A stretch of 64,000 bases of DNA from Candidatus Woesearchaeota archaeon (GTDB taxonomy: Archaea > Nanobdellota > Nanobdellia > Pacearchaeales > GW2011-AR1). Below, in pieces: positions 55,272-64,000 of the stretch (position 1 is its first letter; each line of letters begins with the position of its first letter). The stretch covers positions 5,611-69,610 of the forward strand of contig CAZNIA010000001.1 in NCBI GenBank assembly GCA_964572995.1. The letters are read 5' to 3'. A program made the position numbers and the translations under genes. The notes under the pieces were generated by a model, which worked only from the letters and a program-made list of their open reading frames with translations, had not been told where the DNA came from and made no database searches.

Positions 55272-56207
55272 TTAAAGTGCTCTTAATTGCAGAATTGTTG
55301 GAAGAGAGGCTATTTTTTTTAGGTTAGAAGAGACTGAAAGATGAATCGTTTTATTGTTTATTTTTGTTTTCTCGACGGGAATTCCTTTTTTTATTAATCT
55401 TCCTATATAATCTCTAATTGAACTTTCTGTTAAACCTAATTTAATTGAAAGGTTCTTATAATCTGTATATCCCTCTTCTTCTGAAAGCTGATAAATTACA
55501 GAAAAAACTGAGAATTCTTGATCTGTTAATCTTTTAAATTTTAATCTAACTTCTTTTTTTATGCTATCCAGAGAATCTAATATTTTTGCAGCGTCGTTTA
55601 TATAATCTGAAGAAGAATCTTCTTCTGATTTAATTCCTATATTATACGAACCTTTATCTGTCTGTTGGTTTGTCTGCTGGTTTGTCTGTCTGTCTGTTGG
55701 AACCCCTTCATTTCCTGTGGAAACTACCTTATTTTCGTCTTTTAAGGCGCTATAAGGTAAATTATGTGCTGGATTTGTCTTAATTTTCTCTTTTTCTGTT
55801 GGATTTTTTGAGACTTGTGTTGGAATAAAATCGTTTTGAGGATAAGGAAGAGAGTGGAGAGGAACATTTTGTGTTGAAAGGGGATTTAAGATAGGGGTTA
55901 AGCATATTGGAAATCCTTTTTGAAAAGGACAATTATATATTGGATGAATTAAAGAATTATCCTCAGAAGGAATATTCTCTTTTTGAAATTTTTCTTTTAA
56001 TATGGGAAGCTCATCTTTCTCTTCTTTCTCTTCTTTTCCTGTTCTTTCCGCCTTTTCATTCTTTCTAGCAATTATTTGAAGAACATCACATATTTCAATT
56101 AATCTTTGTCTTGTATCTTTTAATCCTTCACTTAATGAAGCTACTTCTCCTTTCAAAGATTCTATATCTTGTTTAACTTTAGAAAAAGCCTCTTTTACCT
56201 GTTCCAT
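55272..56207 (-). CDS. coiled-coil plus C-terminal winged-helix DNA-binding protein (311 aa) with a QTNQQTNQQT repeat. Its architecture parallels 54389..55024
   Basis: N-terminal coiled coil MEQVKEAFSKVKQDIESLKGEVASLSEGLKDTRQRL. The HTH-like segment is EFSVFSVIYQLSEEEGYTDYKNLSIKLGLTESSIRDYIGRLIKKGI. Confidence 0.5.
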   Translation of the reverse strand: MEQVKEAFSKVKQDIESLKGEVASLSEGLKDTRQRLIEICDVLQIIARKNEKAERTGKEEKEEKDELPILKEKFQKENIPSEDNSLIHPIYNCPFQKGFPICLTPILNPLSTQNVPLHSLPYPQNDFIPTQVSKNPTEKEKIKTNPAHNLPYSALKDENKVVSTGNEGVPTDRQTNQQTNQQTDKGSYNIGIKSEEDSSSDYINDAAKILDSLDSIKKEVRLKFKRLTDQEFSVFSVIYQLSEEEGYTDYKNLSIKLGLTESSIRDYIGRLIKKGIPVEKTKINNKTIHLSVSSNLKKIASLPTILQLRAL

Positions 56208-56293
56208 TTCGATGAGAATAGCTTCAACTATAAAAAGATTAAGATTGCTAAAAATATATTTAATTTAATTTATATTAAATTATTCTTCTAAAA

Positions 56294-56560
56294 TTATTGT
56301 TTTTGTTTATATATTAAATAAGCTTTTTCACTTAATTTCCATCTGCTTCTCTTAAGATAATCTTTACCTTGAGGATTTTTTGTTATTTCTGTTACAAACT
56401 CTTTTTTCTTTAACTCTTTCAACAATCTTTTTACAAATTCTTCATCTCTTGCTATTTCTTTAGCTATGTGAAATGTAAAAAGAGGTTTTGGATTTGTTAT
56501 GTAAAGATAAGCTAATATCTGCTCTGAAATCTTTTCTTTTTTTTCCTTTGAAATATACAT
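56294..56560 (-). CDS. small winged-helix DNA-binding protein (88 aa)
   Basis: ISEQILAYLYITNPKPLFTFHIAKEIARDEEFVKRLLKELKKKEFV shows HTH-wing character. Confidence 0.45.
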   Translation of the reverse strand: MYISKEKKEKISEQILAYLYITNPKPLFTFHIAKEIARDEEFVKRLLKELKKKEFVTEITKNPQGKDYLKRSRWKLSEKAYLIYKQKQ

Positions 56561-56628
56561 TTAAGAATAAAGGGTAAATATCTTTTAAAGTTAACTTAAT
56601 TCAAAAAGAATATCTTTTAAAATTAGAA

Positions 56629-56943
56629 TCACATTAAATCTTCTTCAGAAACAATCATAAAATCACCTATAGCTATTATTGAACTATAAGGAATTAAAAA
56701 CTCTCCAGAAGAGGTTTTTTCAAGATTTAAATTTCTTGTATAAGGTGTTGAATCTCTTATTACAATTCCTATTAATTCACCAGATCTTGTTTCAAATGTT
56801 ATATCTTTAACAAAACCTAATCTTTTTCCCTCTTTTGTAACAATCATCTTTCCTAATAAAGCATTAAAAGGATTTTTTTCGCTTTGCATAAGGAAAATAA
56901 AAGAAAACAATTTATAAACTTTTCTGTGAATAAATATACTCAT
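56629..56943 (-). CDS. PRC-barrel domain protein. The true start is probably the internal Met at 56889 (86 aa), since the first 18 codons extend into the oriC AT-tract
   Basis: GKMIVTKEGKRLGFVKDITFETRSGELIGIVIRD...FLIPYSSIIAIGDFMIVSEEDL follows the archaeal PRC-barrel pattern. Confidence 0.55.
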   Translation of the reverse strand: MSIFIHRKVYKLFSFIFLMQSEKNPFNALLGKMIVTKEGKRLGFVKDITFETRSGELIGIVIRDSTPYTRNLNLEKTSSGEFLIPYSSIIAIGDFMIVSEEDLM

Positions 56944-57070
56944 TAAATCTTAAATTAACCCTCCCTCCCCTTGATTTCTTATGGAAATATTTATAAAGAA
57001 TTTTTTTATTTTTTTATTTTTTTATTTATTTTATAAAAATATATATAATATAATATATATATAATATAAT

Positions 57071-57105
57071 TAATAATTAATAATTAATAATTAATAATTA
57101 ATAAT
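57071..57105. repeat. (TAATAAT)5 perfect tandem repeat inside the origin AT-rich region (candidate duplex-unwinding element)
   Basis: taataattaataattaataattaataattaataat is read directly. Confidence 0.85.
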
Positions 57106-57213
57106 TTAAATTAATAATTTTTATAATAATTTATAATTTAAAAAAATTAATTTTAAAATTTTTCATTTAAGTGGATAATTTAATTGAAGTTAATTAATTT
57201 CATTGTTTAATTC

Positions 57214-57242
57214 AATTTTCCACAGGAAATAGAGGTGTCTCT
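57214..57242 (+). promoter_or_regulatory. origin recognition box (ORB/mini-ORB) 1
   Basis: AATTTTCCACAGGAAATAGAGGTGTCTC contains the dyad TTCCACAGGAAA, which matches the archaeal mini-ORB core (TTCCA..GGAAA), followed by a G-rich element. Confidence 0.75.
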
Positions 57243-57310
57243 CTTAATTAGTGGTTATAATCTTTTATATAATCTTTAATTTTTTTTCATCGATATTTCA
57301 AAGGAAAATT

Positions 57311-57340
57311 AATTTTCCACAGGAAATATACGTGTGAGGC
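57311..57340 (+). promoter_or_regulatory. origin recognition box (ORB/mini-ORB) 2, 97 bp downstream of ORB1 and 35 bp upstream of the orc1 ATG
   Basis: AATTTTCCACAGGAAATATACGTGTGAGGC has a 17-mer identical to ORB1. Confidence 0.75.
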
Positions 57341-57361
57341 ACAAGGGAAATTTGAATTAAA

Positions 57362-58576
57362 ATGAAGTTAGATATAGATAAAATATTTGATAATTTTGAT
57401 AAAAATAGTGTATTTAAAAATAAAGCTATTTTACAATCTAATTATGCACCTAGCGAAATTCCACATAGAGAAGAGCAGATAAGGCAAATAGCTTCAATTT
57501 TAGCTCCTGTTTTAAGAGGAGAGAAAACAAGTAATTTATTTTTATATGGAAAAACAGGTACTGGAAAGACTCTTGCAATGAAATTTGTTCAAGAAGAATT
57601 ATATAAACGAGTTAAGAAGGACGCAGATTTTAAACTTAAAATAGAATATTTAAATTGTAAGATGAAGAAAGTATCTGATACTGAATATAGAATTCTTGCT
57701 GAATTAATTAAAAAAATGGGAGGAGAAGTTCCATTAACAGGTTTGCCTACCCAAGCTATTTATAATAAATTTATTGAAACAATTGATTCCGAAAAAAACT
57801 TAATTGTGCTTATTTTAGATGAAATAGATCAAACTGTTAAGAAGATTTCAAATGATTTTTTGTATAGTCTTGTTCGATTAAATTCTGAATTATCCAAATC
57901 TCAAATATGTCTTGTGGGAATAAGCAATGATTTGAGGTTTTTAGAAGAATTAGACCCCCGAGTTAGAAGCTCTTTATCGGAAGAGGAAATACTCTTTCAT
58001 CCTTATAATGCTCTTCAAATACAAGATATTCTTAATCAAAGGGCAGAATTAGCCTTTAAAGAAGAAGTTTTACAAGAAGGAGTTATAAATAAATGCGCTG
58101 CTCTTGCAGCAAAAGAACATGGTGATGCTAGAAGAGCTTTAGATTTGTTGAGAGTTGCAGGAGAATTAGCTGAAAGAGATAATTCCAGGAAAATTTTGTT
58201 GAAATATATTGATTATGCTAATGAAAAGATAGAAAAAGATAAAATTTTAGAAACAATTTCTTCTGAACCCAAGCAATTTCAATTAGTTTTAAGATCAATT
58301 ATTTATCTTTTAGAGCATCAAAAAAATGATTTACCTGTTTTTACTGGAGAAGTATATGATTTTTATCAACAACTTTGTCTTAAAAATAGATTGGAAGTTT
58401 TAACTCAAAGGAGAGTGGGAGAAATTATTCAAGAATTAGATATGTTAGGAATAATTAATGTAAGAGTAATTTCTAAGGGAAGGGGAGGTAGAATGAGAGA
58501 AATAAAAATGGCAATCTCCAAAGAAATTACAAATAAAGCCAAAGAAATAATTGAAAACTCTCTTAATTATGTTTAA
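57362..58576 (+). CDS. cdc6: Orc1/Cdc6 origin recognition/replication initiator protein (AAA+ plus C-terminal winged helix)
   Basis: Walker A is LFLYGKTGTGKT and Walker B is LILDEIDQ. Sensor and winged-helix regions are present, and the size (404 aa) and position next to the ORBs fit. Confidence 0.95.
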   Translation: MKLDIDKIFDNFDKNSVFKNKAILQSNYAPSEIPHREEQIRQIASILAPVLRGEKTSNLFLYGKTGTGKTLAMKFVQEELYKRVKKDADFKLKIEYLNCKMKKVSDTEYRILAELIKKMGGEVPLTGLPTQAIYNKFIETIDSEKNLIVLILDEIDQTVKKISNDFLYSLVRLNSELSKSQICLVGISNDLRFLEELDPRVRSSLSEEEILFHPYNALQIQDILNQRAELAFKEEVLQEGVINKCAALAAKEHGDARRALDLLRVAGELAERDNSRKILLKYIDYANEKIEKDKILETISSEPKQFQLVLRSIIYLLEHQKNDLPVFTGEVYDFYQQLCLKNRLEVLTQRRVGEIIQELDMLGIINVRVISKGRGGRMREIKMAISKEITNKAKEIIENSLNYV

Positions 58577-58590
58577 ATTTATATTTAAAA

Positions 58591-60243
58591 ATGGATCCAA
58601 AGCAACTTTTGAAGTTTTGTTTAGAGAATGGTTTATTAGTGGATAAGGATGTTTTGAATCTTTTTGATAATACAAATGATTTTGATTCTGTTAAACTTAT
58701 TATAAGCAAAATAAAAAATTATGCTCATCAGAATATTATAACCAAAAATATCTTTTATGAACATAAAGATAAAGTAAATGAATTTTTTTATGAATTGCCT
58801 CAAAAGACTCAGCAAGAACTTGAAAGTCTTAAAATTAAATTGGGTTTAAGTATAGAAATTTCAAGAGAAAAAAAATTGGGAGTAGAAGAAAATGGTCTTT
58901 CTTTTATAAATAAGCAAAATCATTCATCAATTGTTTCTTCTAATCTTCCAGGAGAAGTTTTGATTTTATCTTCTTTTCCTGTTGTAAATAAAAAATTAGA
59001 AGTTCAGGATTTTGTTAATTATTTTAGGAGTCGCTTTATTGAAATGAGAGGTATTTTGCAATCTAGACCTGAATTAAATAATCCTATTTCTATAAGTAAA
59101 ATATTTGGGAATAAGCAAAAAATTTCAATTATTGGAATAGTTTCAAGCAAATCATTCACGAAAAATAGAAATATTATCTTTGAGGTAGAAGATATAACAG
59201 GAAGAATTAAAATAATTATCAACAAAGATAAAAAAGAATTATATGAAAAGGCAGAGAATGTTGCATTGGATTCTGTTGTTGGATTTAAAGGTTCGGGTAA
59301 TGAAGAAAGATTTTTTGCAGAAGATATAATCTATCCTGATTCTGCTCTTCCAGAGAGAAAATTTTCTTTAACTGATGAATATGCTGCATTTATTGGTGAT
59401 TTACATTTTGGAAGTAAGAGGTTTATGAAAAGTAATTTTCTTAAATTTATTGAATATTTGAATGGAAATCTAGAAGAAGATAAAGAAGCAAGAAAAATAA
59501 AGTATCTTTTTTTGGTTGGAGATATTGTAACTGGTATTGGAAATTATCCTAATCAAGAGAAGGATTTGGAAATTTCGGATTTAGAAGAACAATTTTTTGG
59601 ATTAGCAGAACTTTTAAGTAAGATAAGAAAAGATATCAAAATAATCATTTCCCCTGGAAATCACGATGGAGTGAGATTAATGGAACCTCAACCGTTTTTA
59701 GATCAAAAATATTCCTGGCCATTATATGAAATGGAAAATGTATTTATTACTTCAAATCCTTGTTATGTTAATATTGGAAAAAGAGAAAATTTTTCTGGAT
59801 TTACTGTTTTAACTTATCATGGATTTTCTTATCCTTATTATGCAAACAATATTCCTTCACTTATTCAAAAGAAGGCTATGAATTGTCCAGAAGAAATAAT
59901 GAAATATTTACTTAAAAATAGACATCTTGCTCCAACCCATGCTTCAACACAATATTTTCCTCTTGAAAAAGATGGGCTTTTAATAAGAGAAATACCAGAT
60001 ATCTTTGTATCTGCTCATACTCATAAGTGTGGAGTAACTTATTATAATAATATTTTAATTGTTTCTATTTCTTGCTGGGAAGAAATGACTCCTTATCAAG
60101 AAAAATTCGGAAATATTCCAGATCATTGTAAGGTTCCTATATTTAATCTTAAAACAAGAAAAGTTAAGATTTTGGATTTTGAAGAAAAAGAGAATGAAAA
60201 ATTAAATCTCTCTTTAGAAGTGGAAGGTAATAAATCAATTTAA
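58591..60243 (+). CDS. polB: DNA polymerase II (PolD) small subunit DP1 (calcineurin-like phosphoesterase 3'-5' exonuclease)
   Basis: Phosphoesterase motifs FIGDLHFGS, LVGDIVTG, GNHDG and SAHTHK. There is an OB-fold region, and the size (550 aa) fits. The gene lies directly upstream of the DP2 gene. Confidence 0.92.
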   Translation: MDPKQLLKFCLENGLLVDKDVLNLFDNTNDFDSVKLIISKIKNYAHQNIITKNIFYEHKDKVNEFFYELPQKTQQELESLKIKLGLSIEISREKKLGVEENGLSFINKQNHSSIVSSNLPGEVLILSSFPVVNKKLEVQDFVNYFRSRFIEMRGILQSRPELNNPISISKIFGNKQKISIIGIVSSKSFTKNRNIIFEVEDITGRIKIIINKDKKELYEKAENVALDSVVGFKGSGNEERFFAEDIIYPDSALPERKFSLTDEYAAFIGDLHFGSKRFMKSNFLKFIEYLNGNLEEDKEARKIKYLFLVGDIVTGIGNYPNQEKDLEISDLEEQFFGLAELLSKIRKDIKIIISPGNHDGVRLMEPQPFLDQKYSWPLYEMENVFITSNPCYVNIGKRENFSGFTVLTYHGFSYPYYANNIPSLIQKKAMNCPEEIMKYLLKNRHLAPTHASTQYFPLEKDGLLIREIPDIFVSAHTHKCGVTYYNNILIVSISCWEEMTPYQEKFGNIPDHCKVPIFNLKTRKVKILDFEEKENEKLNLSLEVEGNKSI

Positions 60244-60292
60244 ATTTTATAAAAAATGGAGAATTAAGAAAAAAGGACTATTTTAAACTAAA

Positions 60293-63200
60293 ATGAACAC
60301 AAAGGCATATTTTGAGAATTTAAAGAAAGATGTTGATGAAGTTTATTCTGTTGCTAGCTTGGCCCGCTCTAAGGGATATGATCCTGTTCATGAAGTTGAA
60401 ATCCCTCTTGCAATGAGTATGGCAGAAAAAGTGGTTGGGCTGATATCTACAATTTATCCTCAAATGAAGGGAGCTGGAATTGCAGAAAGGATTTTAGATT
60501 TAGAAAAAGAATATGGTAAATTGGATTCAACTATCCTGTTTAAAATTGCAGAAGAAGTAGCAAAGCAAAAATTCTGTAAATTTGAAAATTTATTGCAATC
60601 TATTGATGCTGGAATAAGGATTGCTTTTGCTTATACCACCTTAGGAGTTGTTTCTAGTCCAATAGAAGGTTTTACAGGAATAAAAACAAGAAAAACCAAA
60701 GATGGAAAAGATTATCTTGAAGCAAGTTTCTCTGGACCTATTAGAAGCGCAGGGACTACTGCAAGCTGTGTTATTTTAATTGTGATAGATTATTTAAGAG
60801 AAATTTTTGGTTTTGCAAAATATGATCCTACTCCAGATGAAATAAAAAGAGTTTATGCAGAATTAGAACATTTTCATGATAGAGTGAGTAATTTGCAGTA
60901 TATGCCTACAGAACAGGAAGCACTTTTTTTAGCAGCAAATCTTCCGATACAAGTTGCAGGAGATGCTTCAGAAACAATTGAAGTTCCAAATTATAAAAAC
61001 TTGGAAAGAGTGGACACAAATTATCTTAGAAGTGGTTTTTGTCTTATTATTGGAGAAGGATTAGCGCAAAAAGCAGCAAAAGGATTTAGATTACTTAATA
61101 GAGCAAAGAAAAACGGAATACAATCGACGGGTTTTGATTTTTTAGAAGAGTATATTAAAATACATGAAAAGAGGGACAAAGGAAAAGCAGATGATTCTCC
61201 CACATATATAAAAGATTTAGTTGCAGGAAGACCTATTTTTGGACATCCCTCTAAATCAGGGGGTTTTAGATTTAGATATGGAAGGGGAAGGGTTTCGGGT
61301 TTTAGTGCAACTTCTTTACATCCTGCAACTATGGCTGTAACAGATGATTTTATTGCAATAGGGACTCAACTTAAAATAGAAAAACCAACAAAAGGGTGTG
61401 CTGTTACTGTTTGTGATAGTGTAGAAGGACCCATTGTAAGATTATTTAATGGGAGTGTAAAAAAATTATCTTCTATGGAAGAAGCAAAGGCTTCTTATTC
61501 AGATATAGATGAAGTTATTTATCTTGGAGATATTCTTTTTCCTTTTAGTGATTTGGCAAATAGAAATGCTAATCTTATTAAACCGGGATATGTAGAAGAG
61601 TGGTGGCATTTAGAATTGCTTGAAAAAGACAATTTATTGAAGGAAATTAATCCCTTTACTATCTCTTTGGATAACGCAATAGAATTGAGTGAAAAATATT
61701 CTTTGCCTCTTCACCCAAAATATATTTTTTATTGGACTCAAATTTCTAGAGAAAATTTATTTGATTTATTTTCTTGGTTAGAAAATGCAAGAATAGAAAA
61801 GAAAATAATTTTGCCTTACAACAAATCTGAAAGAGAAAAATTTTCTTTGGGAAAAAGAACCTTGGAACTTTTAGGTGTTGAACATCAGGTTACAATAGAA
61901 AATGTTGTTTTAACAGAAGAAATAAGTAGGGCTCTTTTATTGAATTTAGGTCTTGATTTAATTGATTTGCAAGATAAAGAATCGAATTTTAAGAAAATTT
62001 TTGATTTTTATAATTCTAATCCGGATAAATCGGTTTTAGAAATTGTCAATTCTTTTTCTAAATTTATTATTAAAGACAAAGCCGGAGAATTTATTGGTGC
62101 ACGTATGGGTAGGCCAGAAAAAGCTAAATTAAGAAAACTTATTGGAAGTCCAAATGTTCTATTTCCTGTAGGCAAAGAAGGAGGAAGATTAAGAAGTTTA
62201 CAAGCTGCATGTAAAGAAGGAAAAGTTTGGGGAAGCTTTCCTTTATATTATTGCGAATCCTGTAAAAAGGAAACGATTTACCCTATTTGCGAAGAATGTA
62301 ATTTAAGCACAAAGTCTATGTATTATTTTATTGAAACAAAAGAGAAACTTTTCAATAAATCAAATGAAAATTCTTCTAAAGAAGGTATACGCTATTATAA
62401 TCGATCCGTTGATATTAATCACTATTATGATCATGCATTAAAGAGATTGGGGCTTTCAAAAGAAGAAGCACCTCTTTTGATTAAAGGAGTAAGAGGAACT
62501 TCGTCTGCAAATCATGCTATAGAAGATCTTTCAAAAGGTATCTTAAGGGCAAAGTATGACCTGCAGGTGAATAAAGACGGAACCATACGTTTTGATGCAA
62601 CAGAATTACCTTTGCTTTATTTTAAACCAAAAGAAGTTTATGTAAGTGTTGAAAAACTTAAGGAAATAGGATATGATCAAGATATATATGGAAAAGAATT
62701 GGAAAATGAAGATCAAATTTTGGAATTAATGCCTCATGATGTTTTATTGCCTAGTTCATTTGAGTCTCTTGATGAAAGAGCAGATGATGTATTTTTCAAA
62801 GTTTGCAATTTCGTAGATGAAGAATTAGAAAAAGTTTATGGGTTAAAAAAAATATATAATATTCAGAAAAAAGAAGATTTGATTGGTAAATTGGGTGTTT
62901 GTATGGCTCCCCATAATTGTGCAGGAGTTATTTGTAGGTTCGTGGGTTTTTCTAATACTCAAGGTTTATTTGCTAGCCCATATATGCATGCAGCCGTAAG
63001 GAGAGATTGTGACGGAGATGAAGCAGCAATTATGCTTTTAGGTGATGTTTTACTTAATTTTTCAAGAGAATTCTTACCTAGTCATAGGGGAGGTACGCAA
63101 GATGCTCCCTTAGTTTTAAATGCAAAAATTGATGCAGGGGAAGTTGATGACCAAATTTTGGATTTTGAATTTTTAAGAAATTATCCTCTGGAATTATATA

Positions 63201-63757
63201 GAACGGCTGAAAGAGGAGTGCATTCTTCTGAGGTTAAAATAAATACTGTAAGAGAAATTTTGAAAAGAGGAGAGAACCCATTTATTGGAGCAGGATTTAC
63301 TCACGATACAAATAATTTCAATGAAGGCGTTTTATGCTCTTCATATAAACGTTTGTTAACAATGAAAGATAAAGTAAATCATCAAATGAATTTAGTTGAA
63401 AAATTAAGATCTGTAGATACAGCAGATACAGCAAGGCTAATTATTGACAGACATTTTATACGAGATATGAGGGGTAACCTTAGAAAGTTTTCTATGCAAG
63501 AATTTAGATGTGTTGGTTGTAATGAAATTATAAGGAGAGTTCCACTTAATGGAGTTTGTCCACTTTGTAAAGGGAAACTTATTTTTACTATTCATGAAGG
63601 GGGGATAAAAAAATACTTGGATCCTGCGTTGGATTTAGCTAAAAAATACAATCTTTCCAGATACATGCAACAAAATTTGGAATTAGTTAAGAGATATGTT
63701 GAAAGTATTTTTGGGAGAGAATTAGAAAAGCAAGAGAACATAAGTAAATGGTTTTAA
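60293..63757 (+). CDS. polC: DNA polymerase II (PolD) large catalytic subunit DP2, no intein
   Basis: GRPIFGHPSKSGGFRFRYGRGR, ARMGRPEKA, the zinc-finger CESCKKETIYPICEECN and catalytic NCAGV...DCDGDEAA, and the C-terminal zinc-finger CVGCNE...CPLCKG. The length is 1154 aa. Confidence 0.95.
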   Translation: MNTKAYFENLKKDVDEVYSVASLARSKGYDPVHEVEIPLAMSMAEKVVGLISTIYPQMKGAGIAERILDLEKEYGKLDSTILFKIAEEVAKQKFCKFENLLQSIDAGIRIAFAYTTLGVVSSPIEGFTGIKTRKTKDGKDYLEASFSGPIRSAGTTASCVILIVIDYLREIFGFAKYDPTPDEIKRVYAELEHFHDRVSNLQYMPTEQEALFLAANLPIQVAGDASETIEVPNYKNLERVDTNYLRSGFCLIIGEGLAQKAAKGFRLLNRAKKNGIQSTGFDFLEEYIKIHEKRDKGKADDSPTYIKDLVAGRPIFGHPSKSGGFRFRYGRGRVSGFSATSLHPATMAVTDDFIAIGTQLKIEKPTKGCAVTVCDSVEGPIVRLFNGSVKKLSSMEEAKASYSDIDEVIYLGDILFPFSDLANRNANLIKPGYVEEWWHLELLEKDNLLKEINPFTISLDNAIELSEKYSLPLHPKYIFYWTQISRENLFDLFSWLENARIEKKIILPYNKSEREKFSLGKRTLELLGVEHQVTIENVVLTEEISRALLLNLGLDLIDLQDKESNFKKIFDFYNSNPDKSVLEIVNSFSKFIIKDKAGEFIGARMGRPEKAKLRKLIGSPNVLFPVGKEGGRLRSLQAACKEGKVWGSFPLYYCESCKKETIYPICEECNLSTKSMYYFIETKEKLFNKSNENSSKEGIRYYNRSVDINHYYDHALKRLGLSKEEAPLLIKGVRGTSSANHAIEDLSKGILRAKYDLQVNKDGTIRFDATELPLLYFKPKEVYVSVEKLKEIGYDQDIYGKELENEDQILELMPHDVLLPSSFESLDERADDVFFKVCNFVDEELEKVYGLKKIYNIQKKEDLIGKLGVCMAPHNCAGVICRFVGFSNTQGLFASPYMHAAVRRDCDGDEAAIMLLGDVLLNFSREFLPSHRGGTQDAPLVLNAKIDAGEVDDQILDFEFLRNYPLELYRTAERGVHSSEVKINTVREILKRGENPFIGAGFTHDTNNFNEGVLCSSYKRLLTMKDKVNHQMNLVEKLRSVDTADTARLIIDRHFIRDMRGNLRKFSMQEFRCVGCNEIIRRVPLNGVCPLCKGKLIFTIHEGGIKKYLDPALDLAKKYNLSRYMQQNLELVKRYVESIFGRELEKQENISKWF

Positions 63758-63764
63758 TTTTATT

Positions 63765-64000
63765 TTAAAATAAATATAATAATATTGTTGGGATAAGTAA
63801 ACAACCCATCATTTGAGTTTTTTTTATATTAAGTTGAATACAATATAATCCAACTGCTGTAGAAACAACAAAAACAAGAAACCCTAAAATTCCTGAAATT
63901 AATAATATTAAAACAGCAAGAAAAATTATTACTCCTTTAGAAAGTTTGTTGTAATTTATTTTTTGAATATATTTAAGAAAGATTATAGAAAGCTTTTTTA
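63765..64000 (-). CDS. C-terminal part of a membrane protein that continues beyond the window end
   Basis: The minus-strand frame reads ...GVIIFLAVLILLISGILGFLVFVVSTAVGLYCIQLNIKKTQMMGCLLIPTILLYLF*, which includes a TM helix. The frame is open to position 64000. Confidence 0.3.
   Translation of the reverse strand, partial: KKLSIIFLKYIQKINYNKLSKGVIIFLAVLILLISGILGFLVFVVSTAVGLYCIQLNIKKTQMMGCLLIPTILLYLF

Larger units (their letters stand above)
56944..57361. other. oriC: predicted chromosomal replication origin (oriC): AT-rich DUE plus two ORB elements immediately upstream of orc1/cdc6
   Basis: This is a 418-bp non-coding segment that is very AT-rich, with two direct ORB-like repeats and a (TAATAAT)5 tract. 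It is followed by orc1/cdc6 and polD, the arrangement known from Pyrococcus and many other archaea. Confidence 0.8.

Noticed and set aside
1-64000. Search by eye for tRNA/rRNA genes, transposases/IS elements and inteins
   Set aside because: There are no GC-rich structured islands typical of tRNAs in this AT-rich background and no rRNA-like conserved stretches. No DDE or serine recombinase motifs are recognisable. PolD DP2 and Orc1 lack intein-length insertions. A tRNAscan or Infernal run would be needed to be definitive

Overview
The window is very AT-rich, with long non-overlapping ORFs and archaeal replication genes, so it is most likely from a DPANN-type archaeon (inference). It has two parts. 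(1) At about 56.9-57.4 kb there is a clear chromosomal replication origin. It contains two direct 17-bp ORB/mini-ORB elements (AATTTTCCACAGGAAAT), G-rich extensions and a (TAATAAT)5 AT-rich unwinding tract, and it lies directly upstream of orc1/cdc6, the DNA polymerase D small subunit (DP1) and the DP2 large subunit. (2) The preceding ~52 kb is a dense cell-surface island. It holds two giant N-glycosylation-sequon-rich surface proteins (3944 aa and 3680 aa, with LamG/concanavalin-like, DUF2341-like, FN3-like and CARDB modules and a signal-anchor N-terminus) and a 1106-aa paralog that shares their N-terminal head module. There is a tight five-gene operon of exported proteins headed by an unannotated 52-aa AbrB/SpoVT-like regulator, and three paralogous ~240-aa secreted proteins, one paired with an ArsR regulator. 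The island also carries a polytopic HExxH membrane protein and several coiled-coil proteins. Two paralogous membrane-spanning proteins each combine an extracellular N-terminal domain with a single TM helix and a cytoplasmic FtsK/HerA-superfamily (VirB4/DUF87-like) P-loop ATPase. The surface proteins with C-terminal anchors share a conserved cytoplasmic tail motif, and the two ATPases keep an amino-acid-invariant C-terminal segment despite about 15% synonymous nucleotide divergence. I interpret the island as a candidate, previously undescribed ATPase-coupled surface adhesion/translocation system, possibly for host interaction (hypothesis). Other points are near-perfect intragenic tandem duplications in giant gene 2 (738-bp and 291-bp units), tiny DNA-binding ORFs whose stop overlaps the start of surface genes, an iteron-like repeat region next to two coiled-coil+wHTH proteins, and a decayed paralog array. 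I saw no rRNA, tRNA, CRISPR array or transposase.
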